DNA of 63,854 bases, filler included, from Octopus bimaculoides (lineage: Eukaryota), in assembly GCF_001194135.2 (NCBI RefSeq). It is 7 parts of 7 records of this genome, joined end to end, with 100 filler letters (N's around TTAATTAATTAA, not from the genome) between each part and the next. Parts side by side here need not be neighbours in the genome. Positions count along the whole stretch, not along the records: positions 11,307 to 20,374 come from NC_068981.1; positions 20,475 to 33,048 come from NC_068987.1; 5 more parts are not named here. One strand, written 5' to 3'. A program made the position numbers and the translations under genes. Positions within the stretch are counted from its first letter, which is position 1, and each line of letters begins with the position of its first letter. This document shows, one piece after another, positions 12,321 to 24,535 of this stretch. The notes beneath the pieces were generated by a model. It was given only the letters and a program-made list of their open reading frames with translations. It did not search any database and had not been told where the DNA came from.

Positions 12321-12580
12321 NNNNNNNNNNNNNNNNNNNNNNNNNNNNNNNNNNNNNNNNNNNNNNNNNNNNNNNNNNNNNNNNNNNNNNNNNNNNNNNN
12401 NNNNNNNNNNNNNNNNNNNNNNNNNNNNNNNNNNNNNNNNNNNNNNNNNNNNNNNNNNNNNNNNNNNNNNNNNNNNNNNNNNNNNNNNNNNNNNNNNNNN
12501 NNNNNNNNNNNNNNNNNNNNNNNNNNNNNNNNNNNNNNNNNNNNNNNNNNNNNNNNNNNNNNNNNNNNNNNNNNNNNNNN

Positions 12581-12938
12581 AACATTGCTTGTTTTCACTT
12601 TTTCGATATCAGTGAAGAATTTCACTGGAAAAATATACACAAGGTTGCCAAGAATTTATATCTCTCATCGAAGGTCGGTAGCTATCGGACGCTGACGAAG
12701 GGAAATAACCCTGAAACCCGGGTCCGTTCGTGCTACGATCACGATGAGAGGGATAACTTCCCTTGGCAAAACAAACAGGACACAGTAGTGTGTCGATAAG
12801 CCAGCTGGAGGAGATGTCCTCCTGGGGCTAAAGCAACAGTAACATCCACCCCTAGGGGTCAGACACACTTAAGTGGCAATACACTTCACTTTATCGTGTA
12901 GTTACTGTTAATACTTCATTTAGAGAATTAACATTGCT

Positions 12939-12939
<1 letters not shown>
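12581..12939 (+). mobile_element. Putative non-LTR retrozyme unit (349-nt period)
   Basis: Contains the hammerhead and many nested stems; AACATTGCTT repeated at 12581 and 12930; upstream side lies in an assembly gap. Confidence 0.6.
12678..12736 (+). ncRNA. Type I hammerhead ribozyme with palindromic stem III; predicted cleavage 3' of C12724
   Basis: CUGACGA 12692-98; stem II AGGG/CCCU with loop AAAUAA; GAAA 12713-16; palindrome ACCCGGGU 12716-23; GUC triplet; stem I CGGACG/CGUUCG extended by GUAGC/GCUAC. Confidence 0.9.
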
Positions 12940-12970
<31 letters not shown>

Positions 12971-14099
12971 AAGATAAATTTTATTTTATTCAACGCGTAG
13001 ATACTGAACAGTATGTATATAAAGGATAACATTTCTGCTTTTTATGCTTTTAGAAAAAAAATAACGGATTTTATCCTTTGTAAATATACTGTCAGTATCT
13101 ACGTGTTGAATAAAATTTATATTTCTACTTGTTCTAGAATACATTTCAACGCTTCGAAAACATGTACACATGAAGAATTCCTCCCAGAACTCTTGAGCAC
13201 TAATGAAAATTATTCAACAAAGAACAAACAACAAAAGTTGGGCAAATCCAATTTTTTTGGTGGTTGGAAATTACCAAAATCATTAAGATACTACGGTAAG
13301 AAACCAAAATTGTAACCAAACACGTGTGCCAGAAGCCGTAGTTATTCGAAAAACAATTGGCTGCAAATCTAGAGATAAATTAGGCTTCAAATAGCTGAAA
13401 TTTTGCCTACAGACAAAAGACCTTGAGAACTCCGAAGCCGATTCGATAACTGTCATCAAATGTTGAGAATTGCATTGAATATTTCAGCAATCTTCTAATA
13501 CATAGATTCTCGCCGACAAAATAATGGATATTTACAAATGAAACACCGCCACGCAAAAGAATTTTTACTAATGCCATTATCAGAAAATAGGAGAATTACT
13601 ATACAGCTCACAATTAAATAAACCTGAAATCAAAGGAGCCAGACACTCTCCTCAAGAGATAAGACAATGAGGATAGAGTGAAAACGTGCGCACTATATTA
13701 CACTTTCTTTCCAGCCTTAATCATTCCATCTAATAGCAAGAAAGGCACACTTAGTAAATGTATCATTGATGTCGTCATGTATGATATCAGTAATGTGATC
13801 GAATAGGCATAATAGGATTATAGCAGAACAATCGTTAACTAGTTGCGTGAAATCGAGACAAGAGAAAGCAGTAGACTCAGAATAATATCTTACATTTCGT
13901 CATATCACACTTTCTAAATACTCAGGATAATGGGAGCCGAATCCCTAGAATCAGCAATATTAATATCAGAAATTATTTGCAACGCTAGAAGTCATACTTG
14001 TAAAAATAGAAAGCGACAATAGTTGGTGTATGTAGATATCATTGGAAAGCATGCGGGTGAGAAAGCAACATTGAAGATCTACCACATGGAAGCTATGCA

Positions 14100-14420
14100 C
14101 CAAGTCAAAATACATCTTATAGCCTAATTTTTAACAGTATAAATCCCAAATATTGTCAACCGCAAAATTGTCGACTAGAGAGCTTGATCCAAGAAATGTT
14201 AAGATATCACTCTCAGGTGTAGGGTTTAGCAGGCAATGACTTCAAGTATAGATTCTCATATCATGAGTATTTATTCAGGTGCATAGACATAGAAAACTTC
14301 ACCGACCTGAACTCGGTATCTAAATGACAGCACATGAAGTATCATTGAAAGATACAATCGATTGATTAAATTTTATCTATCGTATTGATTAACACAGGAG
14401 CACACAATGACCCACAACCC
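14100..14420 (+). mobile_element. Probable Penelope-like GIY-YIG endonuclease remnant
   Basis: Frame from 14151: YCQPQNCRLESLIQEMLRYHSQV*GLAGNDFKYRFSYHEYLF..ENFTDLNS, resembling the CNC..CP..C..YIG.T..FK.R..NH..F...N.T.LS pattern. Confidence 0.4.
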
Positions 14421-14611
14421 AAAATAAACATTATACCTTAAAACAAACGCTATATCGCCCTTTTTTATTCAGCAAGGTCTTTTGTGGTCATCCGAAAAGA
14501 CAGATCTCTAATACGTTAGTACTTGTATATATTTTTTTCACCTTATCTTTCTCCTGCCAAACTTGACATACATTTTTATATATCGGAGAAATATAATATT
14601 AGTTCAGATTG

Positions 14612-14656
<45 letters not shown>

Positions 14657-14694
14657 AATTGAATACATTCTGCATAATAAAATTGCTGCATAAA

Positions 14695-15880
14695 TATATG
14701 AGGTTCATCCCAGAAGTATTGTAACATTTTTTAGAGAGGTTACTTAAAATTATCCTAGATTGTTGTAACTTTAGTATATCATTGCGAAATTTTCATTCCA
14801 GATTTAAGGAGCTGATTTTAAGAGAACTTTGTAAATACTCTGATAAAGAGTGCTTGTCACAGCTGACTAACTTGCAGAATGAAGTCGGGAAGCAAAGATA
14901 ATATGGATGCTCGCTATGCAATAAAGATTTGTGTCTGACCGGGCAAAAACGCTACAGAAACTTATCTCATGTTTCACACTCTTTATATATCAACATTTTC
15001 GGTTATACAATAAATGCAAGGACTGTAGAGAAGTGATGAGAGATGACAAGTGTGGTGAGTGGAAGAAGAACCTCAGAACATCAGACCTGTTTGAGAAAAT
15101 TATGAATTTTCTCGATGAAGACTGTCAAGTATTTGAAAAGTCAATAAGCATAGACATTGAAACTGTTGTAGCAGTTGTACAGAAAATTACTTATGAGAAA
15201 CTGCTGATACAGATGTTACTCTGTGAATAGTTTGTTCCCAAGATGAAAAGGAGGGACGCTTTGGTGATAGTGGGGAGATCAAAAGTACGTTGGTCTCTGG
15301 TGACCTATTACGAACAGAATCCAGTGTTACGAGACAAAGAGACACAACCCCCCAATGGCAGTGCCCACATTCCCCCAGACTCAAGAAGGCCAAGTAAAGT
15401 AGGTCTAAGAGAAAGCTCATGATGAACTCCTTTAAAAGTATGGACATCATTAACATTCACTCGGTTCTCTCTGGCAACACGGTCAACAAGGAATTATTTG
15501 TGAAAGTTCTGAGGGAGTTCGAGAAGAGATTTCTATGCAAAAGGCCAGAGATCGTCAAATCAGGATAATGAATCAGTCCATAATTCCTTCCTGTAGCCAA
15601 CTACTTGACTGAGTTCAGTATCAAAACTAACTGTCACCTCCCATACATCCCAGACACTGTGTTCTATGACTTTTAGCCCCTCACCTAAATGAAAACCACA
15701 GAGCCAGTCATTTTGAAAACACTGAGTAGATGAATGTGGATATGATATGCGTCCTGGATACCTTCATTTTGGAATACATCCGTGGGATCTTCACGAACTG
15801 GCTGATCCAATTCAGCAATTTAATTGAGGTCAAAGTATCATACCATCTATGAGAACACAGTTGTGTACGTTCTTTAAAAG
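14695..15880 (+). mobile_element. Near full-length decayed mariner transposon
   Basis: RYAIK..PGKNATETY; QWQCPHSPRLKKAK*SRSKRKLMM; GNTVNKELFVKVLREF..KRPEI; many stops and frameshifts. Confidence 0.75.
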
Positions 15881-16142
15881 TAATAAATGCCTCTCCGCTA
15901 AAAGACTGAAGGCTTCCTATTCCTGAAAAAAGTTAACTCTACATATTTAATAATCAATGCCAATGGGAAAGAACAAAAACGTATAGGTTTGTAGCGTAAT
16001 AATGTACGAAGATATGTGTGTGTGTGTGTGTATGTGTGTGTGTATGTGCGTGTGTGTGCGTGTGTGTGTGTGAAGAGAGAGTATTACGTGTTCGCGCGGG
16101 TTTCTATGTGTGTCTAAATATATGTGTGTGTGTGTGTGTGTG

Positions 16143-17360
16143 TGTAGAGTGCAATGATTAAATTGTCGCCGTCTTATATTTGTAATTCAGCGCATGCGCA
16201 TTGTTTGTTTTTGAATTTATCGACTTCACAATGTAGTAGGGTCAGCTGGACACCGTCATTGAGAAAAACAGCATCATAACGTAATTCACTTTGCCAGAAA
16301 TTTGGAAACGACATGCTGTACTGCTTGGCATTCGCGCCGAAAGCTACCACATGAACATTTCAGAATGTTTGGGGATCAAATTGAGGACAGCACAGGGCAT
16401 ACGGAAAACTCTCTCTGATGAAAGAAACCAACCTCCTGAATTTGTTGGTGAGATCCAGGCCATGATTGACAACGATCATTCCAAGTCAATCGGGTGCGTT
16501 GTCAGGGACATCGGAGTGTTTGTGCTTCTTATCAAGCAGATAATATATGAAGACATTCAGTATTCCTCATATAAGATGAGAAAGGGTCAATTTTTATCCG
16601 AAGCCATCAAGGACAAGAGGAAAGACCACGCCACGCAGCTTTTGAACAGACTCAAGCATCCCCTCCAACCAAACCTGTTTTGGCTTTGCTGAGTCGAGAA
16701 AAATTTCTACCAGGATCAGATGGTGAACACACAGAACAACTGTCGGCTTGCCGTTTCCGCAAAATATATACCGAGAGTGATATACCGAGTGTTGGAGTGA
16801 TCACTAGTGATGGCGAGATTATGCCACCATTTATCATCCCATACGGCCTCAGACTCAACAGGCAGGCGCACATCTAGTGCCTGGAGGGAGTATTGCTGCC
16901 CAGGGTCAAGAGGGTGGCTGCTGGAAGACACTATATCAAGCAACAGGACACTGCACCATGCTACACAAGCAGGAGGACCCAATCATGGCTGTCAGACAAT
17001 TTCTGCGACCCTAACATCTGGCCACCTAACTCCGCAGACTGCAAACCCCTTGATTATTATGTGTGGGGCGCAGCTGAGCGAGAGACCAGCACAAATTCCG
17101 TGTAACACCAAATATAAACTAAAGGCAGGTGTTATGGCAGCTCTCACTAACGTAATCAAGGAGACCGTCCAGAAGAGTTTAAGAGATTCCGAAGTCATCT
17201 GGAGGCCATGATTGAAGCCAATAAAGATTATATTAAACAAATTTACTCTTCAGTATTTCAAGATATTTTAATGTAAATTTGGTAAATATATCTGTTAAAA
17301 TGAGATGTCAGTGTTATTTTCATGTTTGTGTCGTTTAGACGACAACTTACTCACCGCACC

Positions 17361-17365
<5 letters not shown>
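16143..17365 (+). mobile_element. Tc1/mariner DD37D (maT)-like transposon, both ends present
   Basis: QQDTAPCYTSRRTQSWLSDNFCD-PNIWPPNSADCKPLDYYVWG; imperfect TIR pair TAGAGTGCAATGATTAAATTGTCG and GACAACTTACTCACCGCACCCTGTA. Confidence 0.9.
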
Positions 17366-17396
<31 letters not shown>

Positions 17397-17780
17397 GAAT
17401 ATCACTATGGTTTCTACACATGGGCGCTACCATTCAATCCAGAAGTGTCCGGAGTGTTAAAAACATAAACGTTGTCGAGGAATCTACCAGTATATTTACT
17501 ACTAGTAATAACACCAGAATAAACATATATTATAAACTTAGTCACAAAATAGTAATCATAGAACAAATAAGGTGTTCGTGAGGGACATTTACATAACACA
17601 GGCATAGACTACTAGATATATTTCCCTGCCTCCATCACAACACAAACTTGATATCACACCAAAGGCCAGCCTTAGAAAGACAAGTGTAACAGTATGTCAC
17701 ATAAATAGCGTCCTTGAATAAGGTACAAGGAAAAGGACAAGATTAGATTGATATATATGAAATATGCTCAATATTCGCTT

Positions 17781-17890
17781 CTGCTCTAGGCACACGGCCC
17801 GAAATTTTTAGGGAGCAGGCCAGTCGATTAGATCGACCCCAGTGCGCAACTGGTACTTAATTTATCGATCACGAAAGGATGAAAGGCAAA
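17781..17890 (-). mobile_element. SINE family C, 3' fragment
   Basis: CTAGGCACACGGCCCGAAATTTT...GTCGATTAGATCGACCCCAGT. Confidence 0.8.
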
Positions 17891-18131
17891 TGCATTTCTG
17901 TAATTATATTGAGAGCCAAGTTTCCGAATTTGTTATAATAACCATAATAGTTTGTTTTTTTTTCAGATATATTTGCGAGTATTGTCAGTGGTGTTAAATC
18001 AGCCAAATCTACATGCTGGTAATATTTGAAAGTGAACGTTGTTGTTTGTTTGAAGCCCAGGCCGCAAGTAAATTTTTGATATCGGCGCGTTTCATTGTTG
18101 GGGGCGGGGAAGTTACATACATAACGTAAGT

Positions 18132-18192
<61 letters not shown>

Positions 18193-18816
18193 ATATTAAC
18201 GAATACGTGAAGCTTATACCTGTCCCCTGTGTGTATGTGTCGGTCGTCACAAAAATGTGTGTATACTGACAGACAGAAACCGTCATTCATCGGCCTAACG
18301 TATGTAACGAAAGCGCGAACACAGAAAATGTGACGTTATCGTCGTTGTGCTGGTGGTGAGGGTGGGGTGGGGTAAAAATGTCGTTTACAATAGGTGAGTA
18401 AAAGCAAAATGATAATCTTAAACATTTGTAATACAAATAAGTGAATGAAAATATATTTTAGTTCGTAGCCAAAAGCTTACTGAATCTTTTGATACCTCAT
18501 ACGTCAAAAACGGTAACTCGGTTTTGGAATGCATAAGGAACATACTCGCACGCACGCACACACATACATACACACACACACACATACACACACATACACA
18601 TGCAAACTCTCTTTTATATATATATAGAGAGAGAGACAGATATACAATGGAGGTGAACACCTTTCTCCATGTGATCGGCTCGAAAAATTGTTAAGAGACT
18701 ACGATATTTTACTGCTTTTCTGAACAAGGAACCAATGGTAGTATTAATTCACAAATAAAGAAATTATATCCACCAATGCGTTGTTGAGCACTCATCATTT
18801 TCATCGTTCAACATTT

Positions 18817-18855
<39 letters not shown>

Positions 18856-19270
18856 TGTATACTACTCTATGACACGTTGCCACATAACTCTGTATATAGT
18901 ATATTTAACAATAATTGAATAGCTCTAAGGGGTTACGTAAGAACTTATGGCATAATCACACAGCTTTCGTCAATTTCATTTGATATGCATAGTGCAGCAA
19001 TCAATATAATGTATCATATATTATATTCACTTCATTTCAGATTTTGGTGCCATTAAGTTAATTAAAGTACGTATGGTCAATTATATTTCAATATTAAGTT
19101 CTATACGTGATTTCCATTTCATGAATTATAATTTTGTATGGTTATGAGAATATTATGCGAGAATTGCATAACACGTCATATTTCTTTGATTCTAGTTTCT
19201 GTGAAAACTATCAGGAAATATGAGACTAGATAAAATTAAAGTAATGTTACTCTCTGTATCGCATAGGAAG

Positions 19271-19860
19271 ATATTGTGTTGGCCAGATAGTCCGTTCGGT
19301 TTTTGTTCACACTAAGCCTCATGCAATTCTACTATGTAGGTAACTTCAATCTATCTCTTGCACATGCACACTCGTTAAATACTTGATTTTCAGTGTAGTT
19401 CGAGATGTATTTGCGGATAGACTTGTATTGTCTGTGCTTGAGACTAACCTGAAATTAAGCAAATAAAACAAACATTATCGACATATCATGCTTTCCTTAC
19501 TTTAAAAAAGGCAATAAAGCAGCAGAAACCCGCAGAGAGTTGTGTGCTGTATACGGGAAATACGCTGTAATGAATGTGTAACCGAAATGTTCTTTCAAGA
19601 TTTCTGTCGGGAAATTCTTCTGTTCAGGATACGCCTCGCACTGGTCATTCAACTGAGATTAACAACGTCACCAATCCTTAGTATACGACCAGCTTGATCA
19701 CCGATATTCCCCGCATATTCATACAGTGTGTTCAAAGACATCTTCATGGACTTGGTGACGTCAGCAGCATTAAGAAACATACGGTCTTTTTTCTCTGTCG
19801 TTTCCACAGAGCAATGATTACACGTTTGGTACAGTTCCTTTTTTGGTTCTTTCATGTAAC
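19271..19860 (+). mobile_element. mariner 5' fragment (HTH region)
   Basis: HYRHIMLS..KKGNKAAETRRELCAVYG..QDTPRTGHSTEI; TIR-like TATTGTGTTGGCCAGATAGTCCGTTCGGTTTT. Confidence 0.75.
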
Positions 19861-20563
19861 TGATTCTCAGACGTAGGAAGACAAGAGAAAACGAACCCAG
19901 TACTTCACAGGTGCTTTAATTATCGAACCAAAAGAATAAAATTAAATGCATGCCTCGGCAGGTTTTGTACTTAGGGAGCCAGAACAAATATCGCAAATAA
20001 TTCAATTATTCTGAAAACCATTGTAACATGTTTTTTTTCTTTTTCATACAGGCAGTGATTTAAAGTATGAGATGTAAAGAACAGTGCTATATTTAATTAC
20101 ATATTCCGCATGAAGGTATAGAACTACTCAATTTCAGCAGAGTTTGTGATGTTGAACATGTAATGTATGAGACTACACTGATATCGATTTTCAGTGCGGA
20201 TCATCCGCGTTTTAGATTGAAATTTTAAAGATACGTAAAATATCTCCCTCGCGTTATATACGTTACATGACTATCACTACTGTACTTAAGTCACTGGAAA
20301 TAAAAATATATCAAGAAAATAAAGATGCTTACTTTAAGTGACTTGTTGGATGAGCATATATATATATATATATANNNNNNNNNNNNNNNNNNNNNNNNNN
20401 NNNNNNNNNNNNNNNNNNTTAATTAATTAANNNNNNNNNNNNNNNNNNNNNNNNNNNNNNNNNNNNNNNNNNNNGCTTCTGTAGTTGATGCACCATTCTA
20501 TTGTCACCGCTGCTGTTCTTGCTTGTCGTTGCAATTGTTTCTCTTGATTATGGTATTATTGCT

Positions 20564-20594
<31 letters not shown>

Positions 20595-20942
20595 ACGATG
20601 ACGACGACGACGACGACGATGACGAGCATAATAATGACACTAATGACACCAAAGTCGTTGTTTCTTTTTTTTTTTCTTGTTTGTTTTCCCGCCATTACCA
20701 GATTGACTTTAATTTCCGGTAATACATATATATCTTTTGCGTTGTTCTTTCCAGCTTGCTAGTTCTGTGTGTGTGTGTGTGTGCGCGCGTGTGAAAATAT
20801 GTGAGAGTGTGCATGAGTTGTATATGTGTGTGTGTGAGTGTATGTATGTATGGCTATCTATTTGTCTGTCTATACACACACACACTCAGACACACATTCA
20901 TGTATGTATATGTGTGTGATATATATATATACATATATATAT

Positions 20943-21464
20943 AAAGGCAAAATTGATAGAGGTCACGATAGTGATGGACGGTGCTGTCTGACACCGTTTA
21001 TGCTAAAATAAGAGTTAAATTAACTCCAATGCAACTAAACCATTATACTTAATGACTGACAAAGGGAGGTAAGTCCCTAGCGTATATAGCCGTATCGCGA
21101 TTTCGAATTTTGGTGTAGATCATCTTATTTTTCATCAGCGGCTCTTAACGCCTAGGGTTAAACTCAACTTTCTTTGTCAATCTTATAAGAAAAGCCGTTG
21201 AAATCATGTGCTGATGTTCAAAAAGGTAAAAGTGTAAGCAACAAATTAAAAGGGTGGCTTATTAACAATTAGAACCTAAAAGCAAAATGAATAGAGATCA
21301 CAAAAGTGCCGGAGGATGCAGACTAGCACCGATTATGCTAAAAATAAGAATTAAATTAACTCCAAAGCCACTTAAGCACTATACTAAATGACTGACAAAG
21401 GGAGGTAAGTCCTTAGCGTATATAGCCGCATCGCGATTTCGAATTTTGGTGTAGACCACCTTAT
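20943..21464 (-). mobile_element. 336-nt tandem unit (about 1.55 copies) carrying a hammerhead; putative second retrozyme family
   Basis: 20943-21127 repeats at 21278-21464; ATCGCGAT at 21094 and 21430; flanked by (TA)n and (TAGA)n. Confidence 0.7.
21075..21157 (-). ncRNA. Type I hammerhead ribozyme with palindromic stem III; predicted cleavage between 21093 and 21092
   Basis: Minus strand: CCCUA-G-GCGU-UAAG-AGCCG CUGAUGA [stem II region] GAAA UCGCGA UA / CGGCU-AUAU-ACGC-UAGGG; palindrome AUCGCGAU; stem II base is imperfect. Confidence 0.75.
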
Positions 21465-21478
21465 AGATAGATAGATAT

Positions 21479-21520
<42 letters not shown>

Positions 21521-21612
21521 GAAAATCCTTGATGTAACAATTTGGTCCTCCGAAGTATTTATTATTTGGTCGTTCGGCTTACCCAAATTAGGAGCCATAT
21601 TTCTTTCTAGTT

Positions 21613-21900
21613 ACCTGCCATCGTTTTGAACACGGAGAAATACAACGGATGATACTGTCGAGGATGCGTGCTTACTGCTTGAAAATTAAAAATAGAAAAT
21701 TTAAAAAACGACTTGATCAAAGTGTCACTGCGTTTGACGATAGCACTCCTGGATCAGAGATGGCTTAGGACCAAACGACACCCACGTTAACATCTTCAGC
21801 CACTCTTGCCAGCCAAGTATGAAACACATAAATAACAAAACTCTCTACAAGTGGTCACGTCACAACAGGCCAACCACTTCCGGATCGCAATCGCTGCTCC
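21613..21900 (-). promoter_or_regulatory. Candidate promoter and first exon
   Basis: ETS-type CCGGAAGTG (21883-21875), GTGACGTGAC (21863-21854), local CpG enrichment, AAAACG-ATG-GCA-G|GTAACT donor at 21614. Confidence 0.3.
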
Positions 21901-21974
21901 GACCGCGTAACAATCGTTATTTCTATACATTTAAGTCTCATTAGTTCTACAATAACATATCCCTTATCATTATT

Positions 21975-22612
<638 letters not shown>

Positions 22613-23175
22613 ATTGAGTGAGAGAGCAGCGCATGTCATCAAAGTGACACTGGGGTAAAATATATGAAGCCTAATATACCCATCATGACTGCCTGTCTGA
22701 TAAGGGTACACCAGTCACATGCATCACAACTATATATGCGTGACATGGTGATCTCATATCAAGATAAACAGCGCATGACCTCACAGGTGGGGCCCAGTTA
22801 GAATTTTCTTCAGGTTGAGTAGTCCATCCCGCTCAAAAGGTCCCTGAATAAGGTTTGTTTAAGGATGTTGAATGAAACACCAATGTTTCCAGAGGTGAAT
22901 TATTCAAATCCCAAAGAGTTCTTCTCAACACATAGCTATGATGCTCCCTCACTACTTCTGCTCATGATCAGAGACGCACATATTATCAGCCACCAAGGGA
23001 CATGCTCAACTGGTTAAGGTCAAACAACTGACAAGCAAATTTGTGGTATTAAGCAGAATATTTGCTGTAACCCATCTTTTATACCAAGACAAAACAATGT
23101 ACATGATAACACTTCCAATCAATTAAGATCAGAAGCCACGAGAGCCACTACGTGGTACTGCATCCGGGCATTATT
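22613..23175. repeat. Unclassified ~560-bp probable interspersed repeat between two (ATT)n arrays
   Basis: Non-coding complex sequence sharply bounded by (ATT)n on both sides; recognised from memory as an abundant octopus repeat, with no second copy in the window. Confidence 0.4.
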
Positions 23176-23180
23176 ATCAA

Positions 23181-23245
<65 letters not shown>

Positions 23246-23247
<2 letters not shown>

Positions 23248-24251
23248 GCCCTGTTTCGTGGCTGATCAAGCTAGAGCGCTGCACTTCCAATCTCTGTGGA
23301 AGAGACGTGTTCCACTCGTCCCACGGTCCATCTGTTGTCAACAGCCGCTGAGTGGAGGACTTGTTATGCCGTGGCTAATGATGCGCAGACATGCGCTGAG
23401 GCTGCGAATTCTCCAGCGTTTTCATAAAAGTGAGCGGTTCTGGTCGCCGTTTGTCAGACAGGATCTTTCGCAGCTCGTCTCATTGATGGAGCTACAGTCC
23501 TGGATCAAGTGTAAACCAAAAAAGGATGATTCACACCTGAAGTATCAACAAGCGCTCACAGCCTTCTGCCAGCCAGGTAATGCGATCGGTGGAAGTTCCA
23601 CAATGGAGTTCTATAAGGGATAGCGACAACGTCTTCGAGGAAACTCTGGGCGACGGGAGGGATCAATTGGTTGGCTTTTTCCGGAGGACTTTTGGGTCGG
23701 AGCCCATGGATAATTTCCAAAAATCCCTAATCTAGCAATGGTACCGGGGAGATCTGCTAGTTCGAGACAAGCTCTACAGATACAGAAGTGCTGTCAGACG
23801 GACCTGTCTGAGATGTACGCAAGGCGACGAAACCGTCATTCATGCACTTGTCCAATGTCCGGGTATTATTGACTCGTGGAGCTTTGTCGAACAGCTGTTG
23901 ACGTGTGTAGGACGGAGATCCGGTTTTCAGCCGAGTTTCTCGTGAAGATTGCCCCGCCTTTTTTTTTTTAAACCGGGATAAATAGGAAGTTTTGCTCTGT
24001 CTGGTAGCTATGGCGATGGGGGTAGTGTGGTGGAAGAGATTCAAAGGACTGAAGACGGATACATTCCTCTTCGGCCAAGCCTGCATCGACTTTGTCAAGT
24101 TCCACTTAAAAAGGAAAGCGAGAGTGGAGAGAGGGAAGTACCGCTCCCCAGTATTTCTGTTGAAAAGTGGGGGGATGTGGCCAGGATGGCCCAACATGGC
24201 CACAGCCTTGGGGCGGCTGAAACGTATAAAGGAATAAAAGAATAAAAGAAT
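23246..24251 (+). mobile_element. Tx1/L1-like LINE 3' fragment with CCHC zinc knuckle
   Basis: Frame from 23715: FQKSLI*QWYRGDLLVRDKLYRY..TCLRCTQGDETVIHALVQCP (C-x2-C-x8-H-x4-C); ends in a hairpin and (AATAAAAG)n-like tail. Confidence 0.85.
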
Positions 24252-24294
24252 AGACTCACCAAGATAATTATGACAATAATGATGAGGAACATGG

Positions 24295-24296
24295 TT

Positions 24297-24351
<55 letters not shown>

Positions 24352-24397
24352 CCATCATCACCATCACCATCATCACCATCAACATCATCATCATCAT

Positions 24398-24444
<47 letters not shown>

Positions 24445-24535
24445 CTGTTACTATTATCATTATTACTATTACTACTTCTACTACTACTACTACCACAAGA
24501 ACACCTACTACTATTGCTGTTACTACAACTACTAA
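24295..24535. repeat. (CAT)n/(CAC)n/(TAC)n compound microsatellite
   Basis: Direct reading. Confidence 0.9.
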
